Positions 1 through 8,697 of a DNA stretch of 64,000 nucleotides are shown piece by piece. The DNA lies in contig JACROE010000002.1 in the NCBI GenBank assembly GCA_016214565.1, positions 536,007 through 600,006 of the forward strand, read 5' to 3'. Position numbers and translations under genes: made by a program. The notes under the pieces are model-generated. The model saw only the letters and a program-made list of their open reading frames with translations. It did not search any database and had not been told where the DNA came from. Each line of letters starts with the position of its first letter. Position 1 is the first letter of the stretch. Origin of the DNA: Candidatus Kerfeldbacteria bacterium. GTDB lineage: Bacteria; Patescibacteriota; Patescibacteriia; UBA10025; JAHIVO01.

Positions 1-43
1 TTACTCACATATCGTGACGGTGACGTGCACGGGCGATTTTTAA
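1..43 (+). CDS. C-terminal fragment of a secreted surface-protein paralog (family A); the gene starts upstream of the window
   Basis: Frame-2 translation gives YSHIVTVTCTGDF followed by TAA. This matches the C-termini of the two downstream paralogs (..YSHIVTWTATANF / ..YSHIVTWTATGNF). Confidence 0.6.
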   Translation, partial: YSHIVTVTCTGDF

Positions 44-51
44 TTAAATCA

Positions 52-80
52 TTGACAAGAGGCGTGAAAAGTGCTAAAAT
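52..80 (+). promoter_or_regulatory. sigma70-like promoter TTGACA-17nt-TAAAAT upstream of paralog 1
   Basis: Consensus -35 at 52-57 and -10 at 75-80 with a 17-nt spacer. It lies about 70 nt upstream of the ATG at 149. Confidence 0.5.
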
Positions 81-148
81 GATAGTAGAATATAGGAAAT
101 TTGTGCGTTTTTGCACACCAATATTCAAAAAACCAACACAAAAATCAT

Positions 149-1207
149 ATGAAACATAAAGTCATAGCTGCGGTTTTTAGTTCCCAAACAACGACCAATC
201 TGAATCGGGTGGCCACACTCGTCACGCTGATTGCCATGCTTGGGGTAATTTTAGTCTATCCGGGCACGCAGGTAAAAGCGGTTGGTATCGATGCGGTGAC
301 CGCTTCGGTACCAGAAGGTTCTGATGCCACCGGCGCTGCTGCTGCGGTGACCGTTACTTTTGAATCTTCTGTGCTCTCAAATGGCGAGGTGTTTACAATA
401 TATTTGGGAGAGGATACGACCGGTGATGAGTGGGGATTAAATGCAGTGGCCACTGGAGATATTTCATGTTCAGATAATGGAACTGGTGAAACATATACCG
501 TTGGTTCAGTAAATGCCGCATCAGCCACTCTGCCGATGCGCACAGCGATCACGGCTACGACTGTCGGTACTGGCGCCACGACTACCACTTGCGTGATTGG
601 TGACGGCACTCCAAATCCAACGAACCCCACAGTAGCGGATGGTTATTCTGTTGCGGTGGTTACCAGCGCTGATTCTGGAGCTGGTATTATTTACATCGGT
701 GACGCAAACGATGTTACGGTATCGGTGAATGTATTGCCCAACTTGACGCTGACGATTGATAATGCGGATGGCACGAATTGTACTACATCATCAGGCGTAA
801 CTTCGTGTAATCTCGGTACCGTGCTGACCACTACCGTTGGTCAAGGGAATTATGATGTTAACGTCGGTACCAACGCTACGAGTGGAGCTACTTTACAGAT
901 CGCCGAGGATGGCAATCTGCGTAATGGCGCAAATGAGATTGCTGATGCTACTGAAAATGATACGATCGTAGCAGGAACGACTGATTACGGCATCGCCGTC
1001 GCATCAGATGGCGGATGGACGGAGCAGGGTAACTTTAATGATGATGATACGCCTATTCCGACCGGGCCGGCCACGGTGGCTACGACAGCAGGGGCAGTCG
1101 CCTATACCAATGATGTGACCGTAACGCACAAGGTCGCGGTGGATTCTACGGTTCCTGCGCTGGTCTATTCACACATTGTGACATGGACGGCGACAGCAAA
1201 TTTCTAG
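149..1207 (+). CDS. secreted/membrane-anchored surface protein, family A paralog 1 (Thr/Gly-rich, possible WxL-like C-terminus)
   Basis: Long ORF. N-terminal hydrophobic signal/anchor (ATLVTLIAMLGVILVY). Near-colinear similarity to 1229..2317 along its whole length (GEDTTGDEW, CSDNG.GETYT, TVADGYSVAV, NADGT.CTT..GVTSCNLGTVLTTTV.QGNYDVNVGTNA, VTHKVA.DSTVPA..YSHIVTWTAT). ATG at 149 chosen over the track start because the signal peptide follows it. Confidence 0.75.
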   Translation: MKHKVIAAVFSSQTTTNLNRVATLVTLIAMLGVILVYPGTQVKAVGIDAVTASVPEGSDATGAAAAVTVTFESSVLSNGEVFTIYLGEDTTGDEWGLNAVATGDISCSDNGTGETYTVGSVNAASATLPMRTAITATTVGTGATTTTCVIGDGTPNPTNPTVADGYSVAVVTSADSGAGIIYIGDANDVTVSVNVLPNLTLTIDNADGTNCTTSSGVTSCNLGTVLTTTVGQGNYDVNVGTNATSGATLQIAEDGNLRNGANEIADATENDTIVAGTTDYGIAVASDGGWTEQGNFNDDDTPIPTGPATVATTAGAVAYTNDVTVTHKVAVDSTVPALVYSHIVTWTATANF

Positions 1208-1228
1208 TGGCCTCAAACAAAAATAAAA

Positions 1229-2317
1229 ATGAAAACCAAAAAAACAACTCATAGCTTTTTTGGCATCCGGCTCCGGGATGAAGCAACTGGCCGGCTCTTT
1301 CGTTTTGAACACGATCTACTGACGCTGGTAATTGTTTTTGCGGTTGTTGCTTTTGGCGTACGTTATTATTTACCACGTTTAGATGCTGCTGGTTTAGATA
1401 GTGTTACGGTGTCATTAAGTAATGAAACAGTTAATACTGATGCGCGTGTCACCGTTTCATTTGAAGTAGGGAATTTATCGAACGGCGAGACGATTGGGAT
1501 TTATTTGGGGGAGGATACGACTGGTGATGAATGGCAGCTCGACGGTATCACGACTAGTCATATTAGCTGTAGTGATAATGGTGCGGGTGAAACGTATACA
1601 GCGACGGCGGTCAATGCGGCGAGTGCCAGCGTGGCCATGAACGTTGCTTTTACTGCTACGACAGTTGGTGCCGGTGCCACGACCGTGACGTGTTTGATCG
1701 GCGATGGCGGCGCTAATAATCCCAACAACCCGACGGTAGCTGATGGTTATTCAGTTGCAGTTGCGACGACTGAGGATGCGGGTGCGGGCATCGCCTACGT
1801 GGGTAATGCAAACGATGTGACGGTGTCAGTTCAACTATTGTCTAATCTAGCATTAACTGTGAATAATGCTGATGGCACCCGCTGCACGACCACCGCTGGT
1901 GTAACGAGTTGTAATTTGGGGACAGTGTTAACAACCACCGTGGCTCAAGGGAATTACGATGTGAATGTTGGCACTAATGCTTCAAGCGGCGCCACGTTGC
2001 AGCTCACCAGCGACGGCCAGCTGCGGAATGGTGCGAATACAATTGCCGCCTATGTTGAGGATTCGGGAGCGATAAGCGCCGGTACGGAGGAATATGGTAT
2101 TGATTTGGCCTCTGATGTCGGGTGGACGGAGCAGGGTAATTTTACGGATGACGCAACTGCCGTACCTACCTCGCCTACTAACGTCGCGACCACTGCCGCT
2201 GAAAATGATATTGCCGGAGCAGATATTACCGTCACGCATAAAGTAGCCATTGATTCGACCGTGCCAGCGTTTCTCTACTCACATATCGTGACCTGGACGG
2301 CCACGGGAAATTTCTAG
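1229..2317 (+). CDS. secreted/membrane-anchored surface protein, family A paralog 2
   Basis: 362-aa ORF with an N-terminal TM segment. Tandem paralog of 149..1207. Confidence 0.75.
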   Translation: MKTKKTTHSFFGIRLRDEATGRLFRFEHDLLTLVIVFAVVAFGVRYYLPRLDAAGLDSVTVSLSNETVNTDARVTVSFEVGNLSNGETIGIYLGEDTTGDEWQLDGITTSHISCSDNGAGETYTATAVNAASASVAMNVAFTATTVGAGATTVTCLIGDGGANNPNNPTVADGYSVAVATTEDAGAGIAYVGNANDVTVSVQLLSNLALTVNNADGTRCTTTAGVTSCNLGTVLTTTVAQGNYDVNVGTNASSGATLQLTSDGQLRNGANTIAAYVEDSGAISAGTEEYGIDLASDVGWTEQGNFTDDATAVPTSPTNVATTAAENDIAGADITVTHKVAIDSTVPAFLYSHIVTWTATGNF

Positions 2318-2402
2318 CTTAATCAACGAATAACCTTCGGCTTTGCCTGCCTGGAGTACAGACCTGGCATGCTTTTTTATTGTCTAAATTATTTTTTTGC
2401 GC

Positions 2403-2408
2403 TATACT
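2403..2408 (+). promoter_or_regulatory. TATACT -10 element 10 nt upstream of the ATG at 2419 (likely leaderless transcript)
   Basis: gcgcTATACTtttcactattATGgag. Same architecture as several other genes in the window. Confidence 0.35.
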
Positions 2409-2418
2409 TTTCACTATT

Positions 2419-3477
2419 ATGGAGGTACCCAGGAGACAGCACACACATTTTCTTTTTTGGCTGACCATCAGCGTTTGTGTCGCGACTGGTTTTTTTCTTT
2501 TTGGACACGTCAGCCAAGCGCAGGCTGTGACCATTTCACAGCTGAACCTCGAGATTAATGCAGATCCCGGCGAAACGATTGAACAGGTTGTTCAGGTGTA
2601 TGACGATTCGAAGAGTGGCGTCACGGTTTTCCCGTGGGTTTACAATTTTACCCAGGATCCAAGTCGCGAGGGGTCGGCTTTAATATTGACCGATCCGAAG
2701 GATCTCAAGCCCGACCGTGCCTGGATACAATATGACCAGGCGCTGGTCGCTCTGCCCGCTGATGGAACATTGGTTGACTTTCCGTATCGCATTGTGGTGC
2801 CTGAGGATGCTGAGCCAGGTACCCATCTCATTTCATTAGTCTTCCGCACGCGTGCGCCTCAAGATGCTGAAGAAGAAGGTACGGAAGTGATCATCGGTGC
2901 TAACGTGGCTTTAGATATTTTTCTCAAAGTGTCAGGCGTGACGATTGATACGATTGATGCCGATTTTCAAGTCGGACATTTTGCCAATACAGATCCGCAG
3001 ACGTCATTAGCCGAGCGAAAAAAAACATTTACGCCAAAAACATTCTTCACGAAACCACCCGTGGATTTCCTGCTGGAGGTGGTCAATCAGGGGAATACCC
3101 ATCAGAAGCCAGACGGTAACATCAAAATCATCAACGACCTGATTGGCGGAGAACCTGAACAATATGCCATCAATCAGGATGGAAAAATTGTTTTGCCAGG
3201 AACTTCACGTCTCTATGAAACGCCACGATTTGGTCAGGGATTCATGTTTGGTAAGTACCGCGCCCAGCTCACGCTCTTGTATGGCAATCCATTGAAGCCA
3301 TTGAATAAGGAAGTCAGTTTTTGGATTGTGCCGGTACTGGAAATTAGCATTGCCCTGGGGATCCTGCTGCTCTTAATTGTTTCGGTTATTTTCTACATAA
3401 TCTGGCGGAGAAAAAAAGACCGGGAGAAAGAACAGCGCATTCGCGAGCAAGTTCGCCAGGAGATGCAGCAGCAATAG
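2419..3477 (+). CDS. cell-surface protein with N-terminal signal peptide and C-terminal TM anchor plus basic tail (DUF916-like architecture)
   Basis: Internal Met start MEVPRRQHTHFLFWLTISVCVATGFFLFGHVSQAQA is a signal peptide. The C-terminus has a hydrophobic helix (ISIALGILLLLIVSVIFYIIW) followed by RRKKDREKEQRIREQVRQEMQQQ. The track start at 2380 was rejected because it lies before the promoter-like TATACT. Confidence 0.6.
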   Translation: MEVPRRQHTHFLFWLTISVCVATGFFLFGHVSQAQAVTISQLNLEINADPGETIEQVVQVYDDSKSGVTVFPWVYNFTQDPSREGSALILTDPKDLKPDRAWIQYDQALVALPADGTLVDFPYRIVVPEDAEPGTHLISLVFRTRAPQDAEEEGTEVIIGANVALDIFLKVSGVTIDTIDADFQVGHFANTDPQTSLAERKKTFTPKTFFTKPPVDFLLEVVNQGNTHQKPDGNIKIINDLIGGEPEQYAINQDGKIVLPGTSRLYETPRFGQGFMFGKYRAQLTLLYGNPLKPLNKEVSFWIVPVLEISIALGILLLLIVSVIFYIIWRRKKDREKEQRIREQVRQEMQQQ

Positions 3478-3487
3478 ACTGTCGATG

Positions 3488-3527
3488 AAAAACCGCCCGT
3501 TGAGTATACTCAGGGGCGGCGGTTTTG
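3488..3527. terminator. intrinsic terminator hairpin (CCGCCC/GGGCGG) flanked by A-run and T-run; likely bidirectional for the convergent genes
   Basis: gaaaaaCCGCCCgttgagtatactcagGGGCGGcggtttt, between the + gene ending 3477 and the - gene ending 3545. Confidence 0.5.
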
Positions 3528-3544
3528 GGTTTGTGCGAGGAAAG

Positions 3545-3766
3545 CTAAGGCAACGGCGTGGCGATACGAAGAATTTTTTTCACAAGAGCTGGTTCGATGA
3601 ATTTCTCCTTGATGGAGAGCAGGCCATTTTCGACGGTGCCAATCATATCTGCTTTGCGGTAGAGGCCTCCGTACATGGTGGTGGGATTCAGTCCCAGGGC
3701 TTGGGAAACTTCAACTTCAGGCATCTTCGGTTTGTGAAGCCTATATACTTTATATGTCATGGACAC
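3545..3766 (-). CDS. small hypothetical protein (73 aa)
   Basis: ORF with GGAG 5 nt upstream of its ATG and a consensus promoter (TTGACG-17-TATACT) on the minus strand at 3802..3830. The overlapping plus-strand ORF 3485..3799 lacks these signals. Confidence 0.5.
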   Translation of the reverse strand: MSMTYKVYRLHKPKMPEVEVSQALGLNPTTMYGGLYRKADMIGTVENGLLSIKEKFIEPALVKKILRIATPLP

Positions 3767-3801
3767 TCCTGTTGTGTTTTTTATTTTTTTGGGAAGTAGT
3801 T

Positions 3802-3830
3802 AGTATAGTGCGGAAACCTGCGCACGTCAA
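3802..3830 (-). promoter_or_regulatory. sigma70-like promoter (TTGACG-17-TATACT) reading leftward into 3545..3766
   Basis: Reverse complement of 3802-3830 gives TTGACGtgcgcaggtttccgcacTATACT. Confidence 0.55.
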
Positions 3831-3852
3831 AGACGCGGATGAGCCAGACTTT

Positions 3853-3881
3853 TTGACGGCAATCCCCGTGGCTGGTAAGAT
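3853..3881 (+). promoter_or_regulatory. sigma70-like promoter TTGACG-17-TAAGAT for the 3959 gene
   Basis: Divergent partner of the promoter above. It lies about 75 nt upstream of a strong RBS (AAGGAGG) and the ATG at 3959. Confidence 0.45.
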
Positions 3882-3958
3882 GGCCTAATATATCAAAAAC
3901 AGCTCGTTTTATCGTAATTCCATACATCAACCATCGGCAAAACCACAAGGAGGTTATC

Positions 3959-4591
3959 ATGCCGAAATCTCTAAAACTAGTTCAGAATACCCTACAAGGC
4001 CTATTTGAGGTTTATGCGGGGGAATTTGATCCAGATGAGTTTTTTGCTGACACCAGTCGGCACGATGTGATGAAGCTTGCGGTCCAGCTGGGCCGTGACG
4101 GCGCGATCACCCTTGATCGCATCATGGAGTACGTACAGGCGTCATATGATGTCAGTATGGATGATGCTCCGGCATTTGCCATGAAGCTCTTCCGGACGCT
4201 GCAGCGGTTGTCAGAGGAAAGCGATTTACCGTTCTCATCTGATACCCCGACCACGCGGCGCCCTCGGAAGACGCGTCAGCCGAAAGGCAAGACGGTGCAA
4301 CCGTCGAAGGATGCGTCGTCTCCTGGCCGTTCTCGCTCGGCGAATTCTCCGCTGTCGAAATTTATCACCGCTTGCGGTGATGAAGCGGCGGCAACTCAGC
4401 TCTTGACTGATGCGATCCGCAAAGCCGGAAAGGAAAAGGCACATGGCGCCATCGGCCGTGCTTTTGAAGAGATTCTGGTGAATAACCCGAAGCAGTTTAA
4501 TTTCCTGAAGAAGCTGAATGCCCCGGGTCGGACATACATCGTCAAGCAGCTCGGAATCGATGCCAAGAAGGTGCTGAAGAGCAAGGAGTAG
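3959..4591 (+). CDS. hypothetical protein (acidic N-terminal half, basic Pro/Ser-rich linker); translationally coupled to the downstream sigma factor
   Basis: Strong SD AAGGAGG 7 nt upstream. Stop TAG at 4589-4591 sits 3 nt before the sigma-factor ATG. No recognisable family. Confidence 0.6.
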   Translation: MPKSLKLVQNTLQGLFEVYAGEFDPDEFFADTSRHDVMKLAVQLGRDGAITLDRIMEYVQASYDVSMDDAPAFAMKLFRTLQRLSEESDLPFSSDTPTTRRPRKTRQPKGKTVQPSKDASSPGRSRSANSPLSKFITACGDEAAATQLLTDAIRKAGKEKAHGAIGRAFEEILVNNPKQFNFLKKLNAPGRTYIVKQLGIDAKKVLKSKE

Positions 4592-4594
4592 CTC

Positions 4595-6145
4595 ATGCGT
4601 AATACCATTATTACCAGTGACGGAATGATTCCGTCTCGAGCTTCACCATTCCCCACTCGTGCGGAGCTGATATTGATTGCTCGGATCGAAGACCACTATG
4701 GTTGTCAGGATCGCATGGACGACCTCTTGCGCGAGTGGCACCACGTCCGCGGACTGTCTTTGTCGGCGATTGCGCTGATTTGGACATCAGTATTGGGCAA
4801 TGACATTGCCCTGTCCTGGCTCGAATACCTGGCGGAACGGTATGGCGTCGCGGTCAGAGCACATGACAATGCGCTGGTTGAGACGACCATAGCGGCCGGG
4901 GCAGCCATTGCCTCGGCAGATTCAGCCGAACCCTTCAGTGGGATCGGCGGCGGCATTATTGCCCAACGCATCGTGAATCTTTGGCAATATAATCGTAGTT
5001 GGTCGCGTGTTTTGAGTCGGCTGTTCCAGCAGGACAATCGCGTCACACTTTCGTGGCTGCAATCGTTCGTGGTTCAGCACGGAGCGGCGTTTGTTAATTT
5101 GGTAAAGGCGAGCGATCTTCGTTTGCTCTTTGCAAATGACGGTTCGGTCGTTATCGAAGCGCTTCCTCAGGAAGTGTCCGAGCCGGCTCAACTAGCCGTC
5201 CGCCAAAAACGCAAACGCACCACGCGCTCATCAGCTCAACTGGCTCGATCGTCTGATCGCCCCAAAAGCGATCGGACACCTGGCCTCAGGGACGAGGATC
5301 GATCGCTTGTTGTATATTTCCGAGAAGTTGGAAAAACGCATTTGATTGATACTGCTGAAGAGGTTCGTCTGGCGCAGCGTATCCGGAAGGGTGACCAGTG
5401 CGCGTATGAAAAATTGGTTAATGCCAATTTGCGCTTTGTTACTTCGGTGGCAAAGCAATACCAAAATCAGGGCGTATCCCTCGGCGATTTGATCAATGAG
5501 GGGAACATCGGCCTGATGAAGGCAGCTAAGCGATTTGACGAAACACGGGGATTTAAGTTTATCTCTTATGCGGTCTGGTGGATCCGCCAAGCAATCCTTC
5601 AGGCTCTGGCAGAGAATTCCCGCATCGTCCGACTGCCCCTGAATCGGTCGGGTAAGCTCTATAAGATACGGAAGACGAGCGATCGTCTCACTCAAGTCTT
5701 AGGACGCGAACCAACCCCTGATGAAATCGCTATTGAACTCGCCTTAAGCGAGGATGAGGTAGACTATACCATGTCGATTGCAGACACTCATCTTTCGCTT
5801 GATATGCCGCTTTCCGATGAACTTGGTAGTGATAATCTGATTGATCGGATCGAGGACACGTCAAGCGTGTCCGCTGATCATTCATTTATGACCAAGTCGT
5901 TGCGTGCCGAAATCGAAAAGGCGCTGGATACCTTAACTGCCCGACAGGCAGACGTGGTGACTCTGTATTTTGGGCTCAATCATGAACATCCGATGACTTT
6001 GGAGGAAATCGGAGCTCAATTTTCCCTGACTCGAGAGCGAGTCAGGCAGATCAAAGAACTGGCGATTCGAAGGCTGCGTCACGCCAGCCGTTCCCGGTCG
6101 CTCCGATCGTATCTCGATACATTTGAACAAGGAGGAAATCATTAA
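4595..6145 (+). CDS. rpoD: RNA polymerase sigma-70 family factor (RpoD/SigA-like) with an atypical ~230-aa non-acidic N-terminal extension
   Basis: Region 2 (DLINEGNIGLMKAAKRFDETRGFKFISYAVWWIRQAI), region 3, and region 4 HTH (MTLEEIGAQFSLTRERVRQIKELAIRRLRH). Region 1.2-like LVVYFREVGKTHLIDTAEEVRLAQRIRKGD. Confidence 0.85.
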   Translation: MRNTIITSDGMIPSRASPFPTRAELILIARIEDHYGCQDRMDDLLREWHHVRGLSLSAIALIWTSVLGNDIALSWLEYLAERYGVAVRAHDNALVETTIAAGAAIASADSAEPFSGIGGGIIAQRIVNLWQYNRSWSRVLSRLFQQDNRVTLSWLQSFVVQHGAAFVNLVKASDLRLLFANDGSVVIEALPQEVSEPAQLAVRQKRKRTTRSSAQLARSSDRPKSDRTPGLRDEDRSLVVYFREVGKTHLIDTAEEVRLAQRIRKGDQCAYEKLVNANLRFVTSVAKQYQNQGVSLGDLINEGNIGLMKAAKRFDETRGFKFISYAVWWIRQAILQALAENSRIVRLPLNRSGKLYKIRKTSDRLTQVLGREPTPDEIAIELALSEDEVDYTMSIADTHLSLDMPLSDELGSDNLIDRIEDTSSVSADHSFMTKSLRAEIEKALDTLTARQADVVTLYFGLNHEHPMTLEEIGAQFSLTRERVRQIKELAIRRLRHASRSRSLRSYLDTFEQGGNH

Positions 6146-6148
6146 GCA

Positions 6149-6190
6149 AGTCGTTATGCACCATCACACGCATGACGACTTTTCTTTTTT
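6149..6190 (+). terminator. intrinsic terminator after the sigma-factor gene
   Basis: 11-bp stem AGTCGTTATGC/GCATGACGACT (one mismatch) followed by TTTTCTTTTTT. Confidence 0.6.
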
Positions 6191-6287
6191 ACAAAAAGAA
6201 AACCCTCATCAACGATCCTCTTACGCTTCAGCGACGTGAATTCCTTATGCGTCCGGACACGTTCCTACTCGCGTTGGACTAGGGAGG

Positions 6288-6482
6288 GTGATTGATGAGG
6301 GGCAAACCGCCAAAGAAAGGCGGGATCGGAACAGGCTGCATCGCTGGGAAGATGCAGATCAGCGCAACGGGCTGAGTCAGGAGAGCGGGACAAAAGAGCC
6401 GGTGAACTATGCCGTTACTCTAACATGTTTGGCCACTGAGGCAATAGTGTGTCTCAGGCAGTTTGGTGCTTACGTTACTTGA
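6288..6482 (+). CDS. possible small basic protein (64 aa), uncertain
   Basis: ORF preceded by GGAGGGTGATTG-ATG (good SD spacing). No recognisable family, so it could be a non-coding leader. Confidence 0.25.
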   Translation: MIDEGQTAKERRDRNRLHRWEDADQRNGLSQESGTKEPVNYAVTLTCLATEAIVCLRQFGAYVT

Positions 6483-6507
6483 CAAAGGCCTAAAAATGCG
6501 CTATAAT
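6479..6507 (+). promoter_or_regulatory. consensus sigma70 promoter TTGACA-17-TATAAT upstream of 6571
   Basis: Perfect -35 and -10 hexamers with a 17-nt spacer. The A-rich leader lacks an SD. Confidence 0.6.
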
Positions 6508-6570
6508 TATGGTGTATTCAATACAAAACCGTATTGAAGCTTTTAAAAAAGCAAAAACAAAAAATAAAAA

Positions 6571-7272
6571 ATGGAGCGGATACAACATTATTTATATCGT
6601 AAAATACGGGTCGCCACAGTCATTGTGGTGGCTGTTTTGGTGATCATGGGCTCAAGCATTGGACTGTATGTTCAAGCGAGTTCCACCTCGAATTTTCAGC
6701 AAACCATAAATGCCGGGACTCTTGCCGTTGATATCGTGAATGGCAGTTATGTTACGGTGGGGAGTCCGTCGGTTGCCATGGGAGCCGTGACGTTTAGTTT
6801 TGGCTGTCAGACTGCGACGGGAACGTTTGGCAGTGCCACCCAACAAATTTACGTTTCGAATCCGGATGCGGCAGATAATGGATGGACCGTGTCATTGGCT
6901 GGATCAGCCGCTACCGCGGTGTGGGATAGCGCGGGTACTGACTATGATTTTAATGATCCCACTACGTCTGGATGCGCTGACGGCGCCGACGCGGACAGTT
7001 TAGCTGGACAATTAACCGTCGATCCAAATGCGGGAACCTTGGCTACCGGTCAGTGCAGCAGCTGTGCCACATCAAATATTACCAAAGGAACATCGACTGG
7101 CTTTAATCAGGGAACAACTGATAGTATTACCATTTTGACCGGTGCCGCCGCCTCGAATGATATTGGCGATTGGACATTGCAAGGGGTTAGCCTCTCACAA
7201 AAAATTCCGGCGGAACAGCCCGCAGCTGCTGATTATGATATCAATACGACCTTATCCATCGTTGCATCATAA
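6571..7272 (+). CDS. secreted protein carrying the family B C-terminal domain (two conserved Trp motifs; WxL-like)
   Basis: N-terminal TM/signal (VATVIVVAVLVIMGSSIGLYV). Residues ~70-233 align with the last ~165 aa of the 8698..11331 protein (TFSF..QT.TG.FG...QQI.V.N......W..SLA.S..TAVWDS.GTDYDFNDPT....DG.DADS..G.LT.DP.... DW/YW ..G..VSQ.IP.EQP...DYDIN..LS.VAS). Confidence 0.7.
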   Translation: MERIQHYLYRKIRVATVIVVAVLVIMGSSIGLYVQASSTSNFQQTINAGTLAVDIVNGSYVTVGSPSVAMGAVTFSFGCQTATGTFGSATQQIYVSNPDAADNGWTVSLAGSAATAVWDSAGTDYDFNDPTTSGCADGADADSLAGQLTVDPNAGTLATGQCSSCATSNITKGTSTGFNQGTTDSITILTGAAASNDIGDWTLQGVSLSQKIPAEQPAAADYDINTTLSIVAS

Positions 7273-7335
7273 TTTATTACGTTTTGATTTTTTCAGGCGG
7301 CGCATTACTGCGCCGCTTTTCTTTTGATTTATTTT

Positions 7336-7344
7336 TGGTATACT
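7336..7344 (+). promoter_or_regulatory. extended -10 TGGTATACT, 9 nt upstream of the ATG at 7354 (leaderless-type)
   Basis: tttTGgTATACTggaagggttATG. Confidence 0.4.
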
Positions 7345-7353
7345 GGAAGGGTT

Positions 7354-8694
7354 ATGAAGAAACAAATCGTTGTGATGGCGATCGCTGTGGGCGTCGGATT
7401 TTTACTGGCATCCCCGATCTCCGTTCATGCCATTGAGTATGGTGGTATTGGTGGCCGACCGGCCAATCCTCGAGCGGATAATCCCCGCACGCAGGATATT
7501 TTTGTATACACGCTCGAATCCGGGTCAAGCTATGATGATGGCATTGTGGTGATCAATAACACGCAGGAAGAGAAAACGATATATCTCTATTCAGCTGATT
7601 CGACGCCGTCTTCTGATGGAGGTTTTGCTTGTAAACAGTATTTAGAGTCGACCAAGAAACTGTCCACCGACAAGAACGGTGTTGGTTCATGGATTACCTT
7701 TGCCGTGGTACCACAAGAGCGTCTCGTCCGAGCCCCTGATGCGCTCGAGGGCGCTGATACCGATGGAGATAGTTTAACCGATGCACAAGAAGTTGAATTT
7801 GGCACCGACCCAACCGAGGCAGATACTGACGGGGATGGTGATGCTGACGCTCTTGAAGTAGCAGAGGGGAACGATCCATTGCAACCGGTAGTGTTGACAC
7901 TCGCTCCGGTGACTAATGCCGTCGTACCATTTACTATTCAGGTGCCGCAGGATGCCGATGTGGGCGAGCTAGATGGGTGCATTCTTATCCAGGAGAAACC
8001 AAAAGCACAAGACGCGACCGCTGAGGGTATTAGCATCGCGACGCGTACGGGGCTGCGCGTATCCGTAACTATCCCTGGTGAGATACGCCGGCAATTGGAG
8101 ATCATAGGATTGACGGTCACTCCACAGACGAATTGGAGCGCAGTGATCCGTCCGACGGTTCGAAACAGCGGTAACGTATCAGTTGATGCACTGGTGCGTG
8201 TTGTGACTAAGAATTTCTTGGGTCAGATGGTGGCGGATCATGGTGGTGAGTATTCTATTTTACGCGAGACGACTTCCTCGTGGAATTATGAGTTGCCCGC
8301 TCAATTTTGGGGAGGGTGGTTCCATACCACCATGATGGTCGATTATGATCGTGACGCGACTCTGGAATTGGGCAAAACTGGCGTGGATCATGTGCAGCTC
8401 TCGGGCCCGACCGTGACCTTTTTCTTGATGCCCTCTCTCTACGCATTGTTGATATATGGCGGTGTCATGTTATTACTAATATTTTTGGCAGGAGTGTGGT
8501 GGTGGACGCGCCGTCGGAAACTTTGGATTGAGAAAACCTGGGTTTCATACAAGATAAAAAAAGGGGATACCGTCAAGAGTATTGTGAAACGATATAATGT
8601 ATCATGGCAGCTACTGGTCAAGGTAAATCGCATGAAAGCGCCGTTTGATCTGACTCCCGGCACCTCGATTAAAGTTCCTCCCCCAACTCCATAA
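7354..8694 (+). CDS. secreted protein with TSP3-like Ca-binding Asp repeats, a C-terminal TM helix and a C-terminal LysM domain
   Basis: Signal peptide MKKQIVVMAIAVGVGFLLASPISVHA. DTDGDSLTDAQEVEFGTDPTEADTDGDGDADALEVAEGNDP resembles thrombospondin type-3 repeats. TM (YALLIYGGVMLLLIFLAGVWWW). LysM-like YKIKKGDTVKSIVKRYNVSWQLLVKVNRMKAPFDLTPGTSIKVP. Confidence 0.65.
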   Translation: MKKQIVVMAIAVGVGFLLASPISVHAIEYGGIGGRPANPRADNPRTQDIFVYTLESGSSYDDGIVVINNTQEEKTIYLYSADSTPSSDGGFACKQYLESTKKLSTDKNGVGSWITFAVVPQERLVRAPDALEGADTDGDSLTDAQEVEFGTDPTEADTDGDGDADALEVAEGNDPLQPVVLTLAPVTNAVVPFTIQVPQDADVGELDGCILIQEKPKAQDATAEGISIATRTGLRVSVTIPGEIRRQLEIIGLTVTPQTNWSAVIRPTVRNSGNVSVDALVRVVTKNFLGQMVADHGGEYSILRETTSSWNYELPAQFWGGWFHTTMMVDYDRDATLELGKTGVDHVQLSGPTVTFFLMPSLYALLIYGGVMLLLIFLAGVWWWTRRRKLWIEKTWVSYKIKKGDTVKSIVKRYNVSWQLLVKVNRMKAPFDLTPGTSIKVPPPTP

Positions 8695-8697
8695 GGT

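Noticed and set aside
3485-3799. Plus-strand 104-aa ORF
   Set aside because: It overlaps entirely with the minus-strand ORF 3545..3766, which has a consensus promoter and RBS. The plus-strand ORF begins inside a terminator hairpin and has no start signals.
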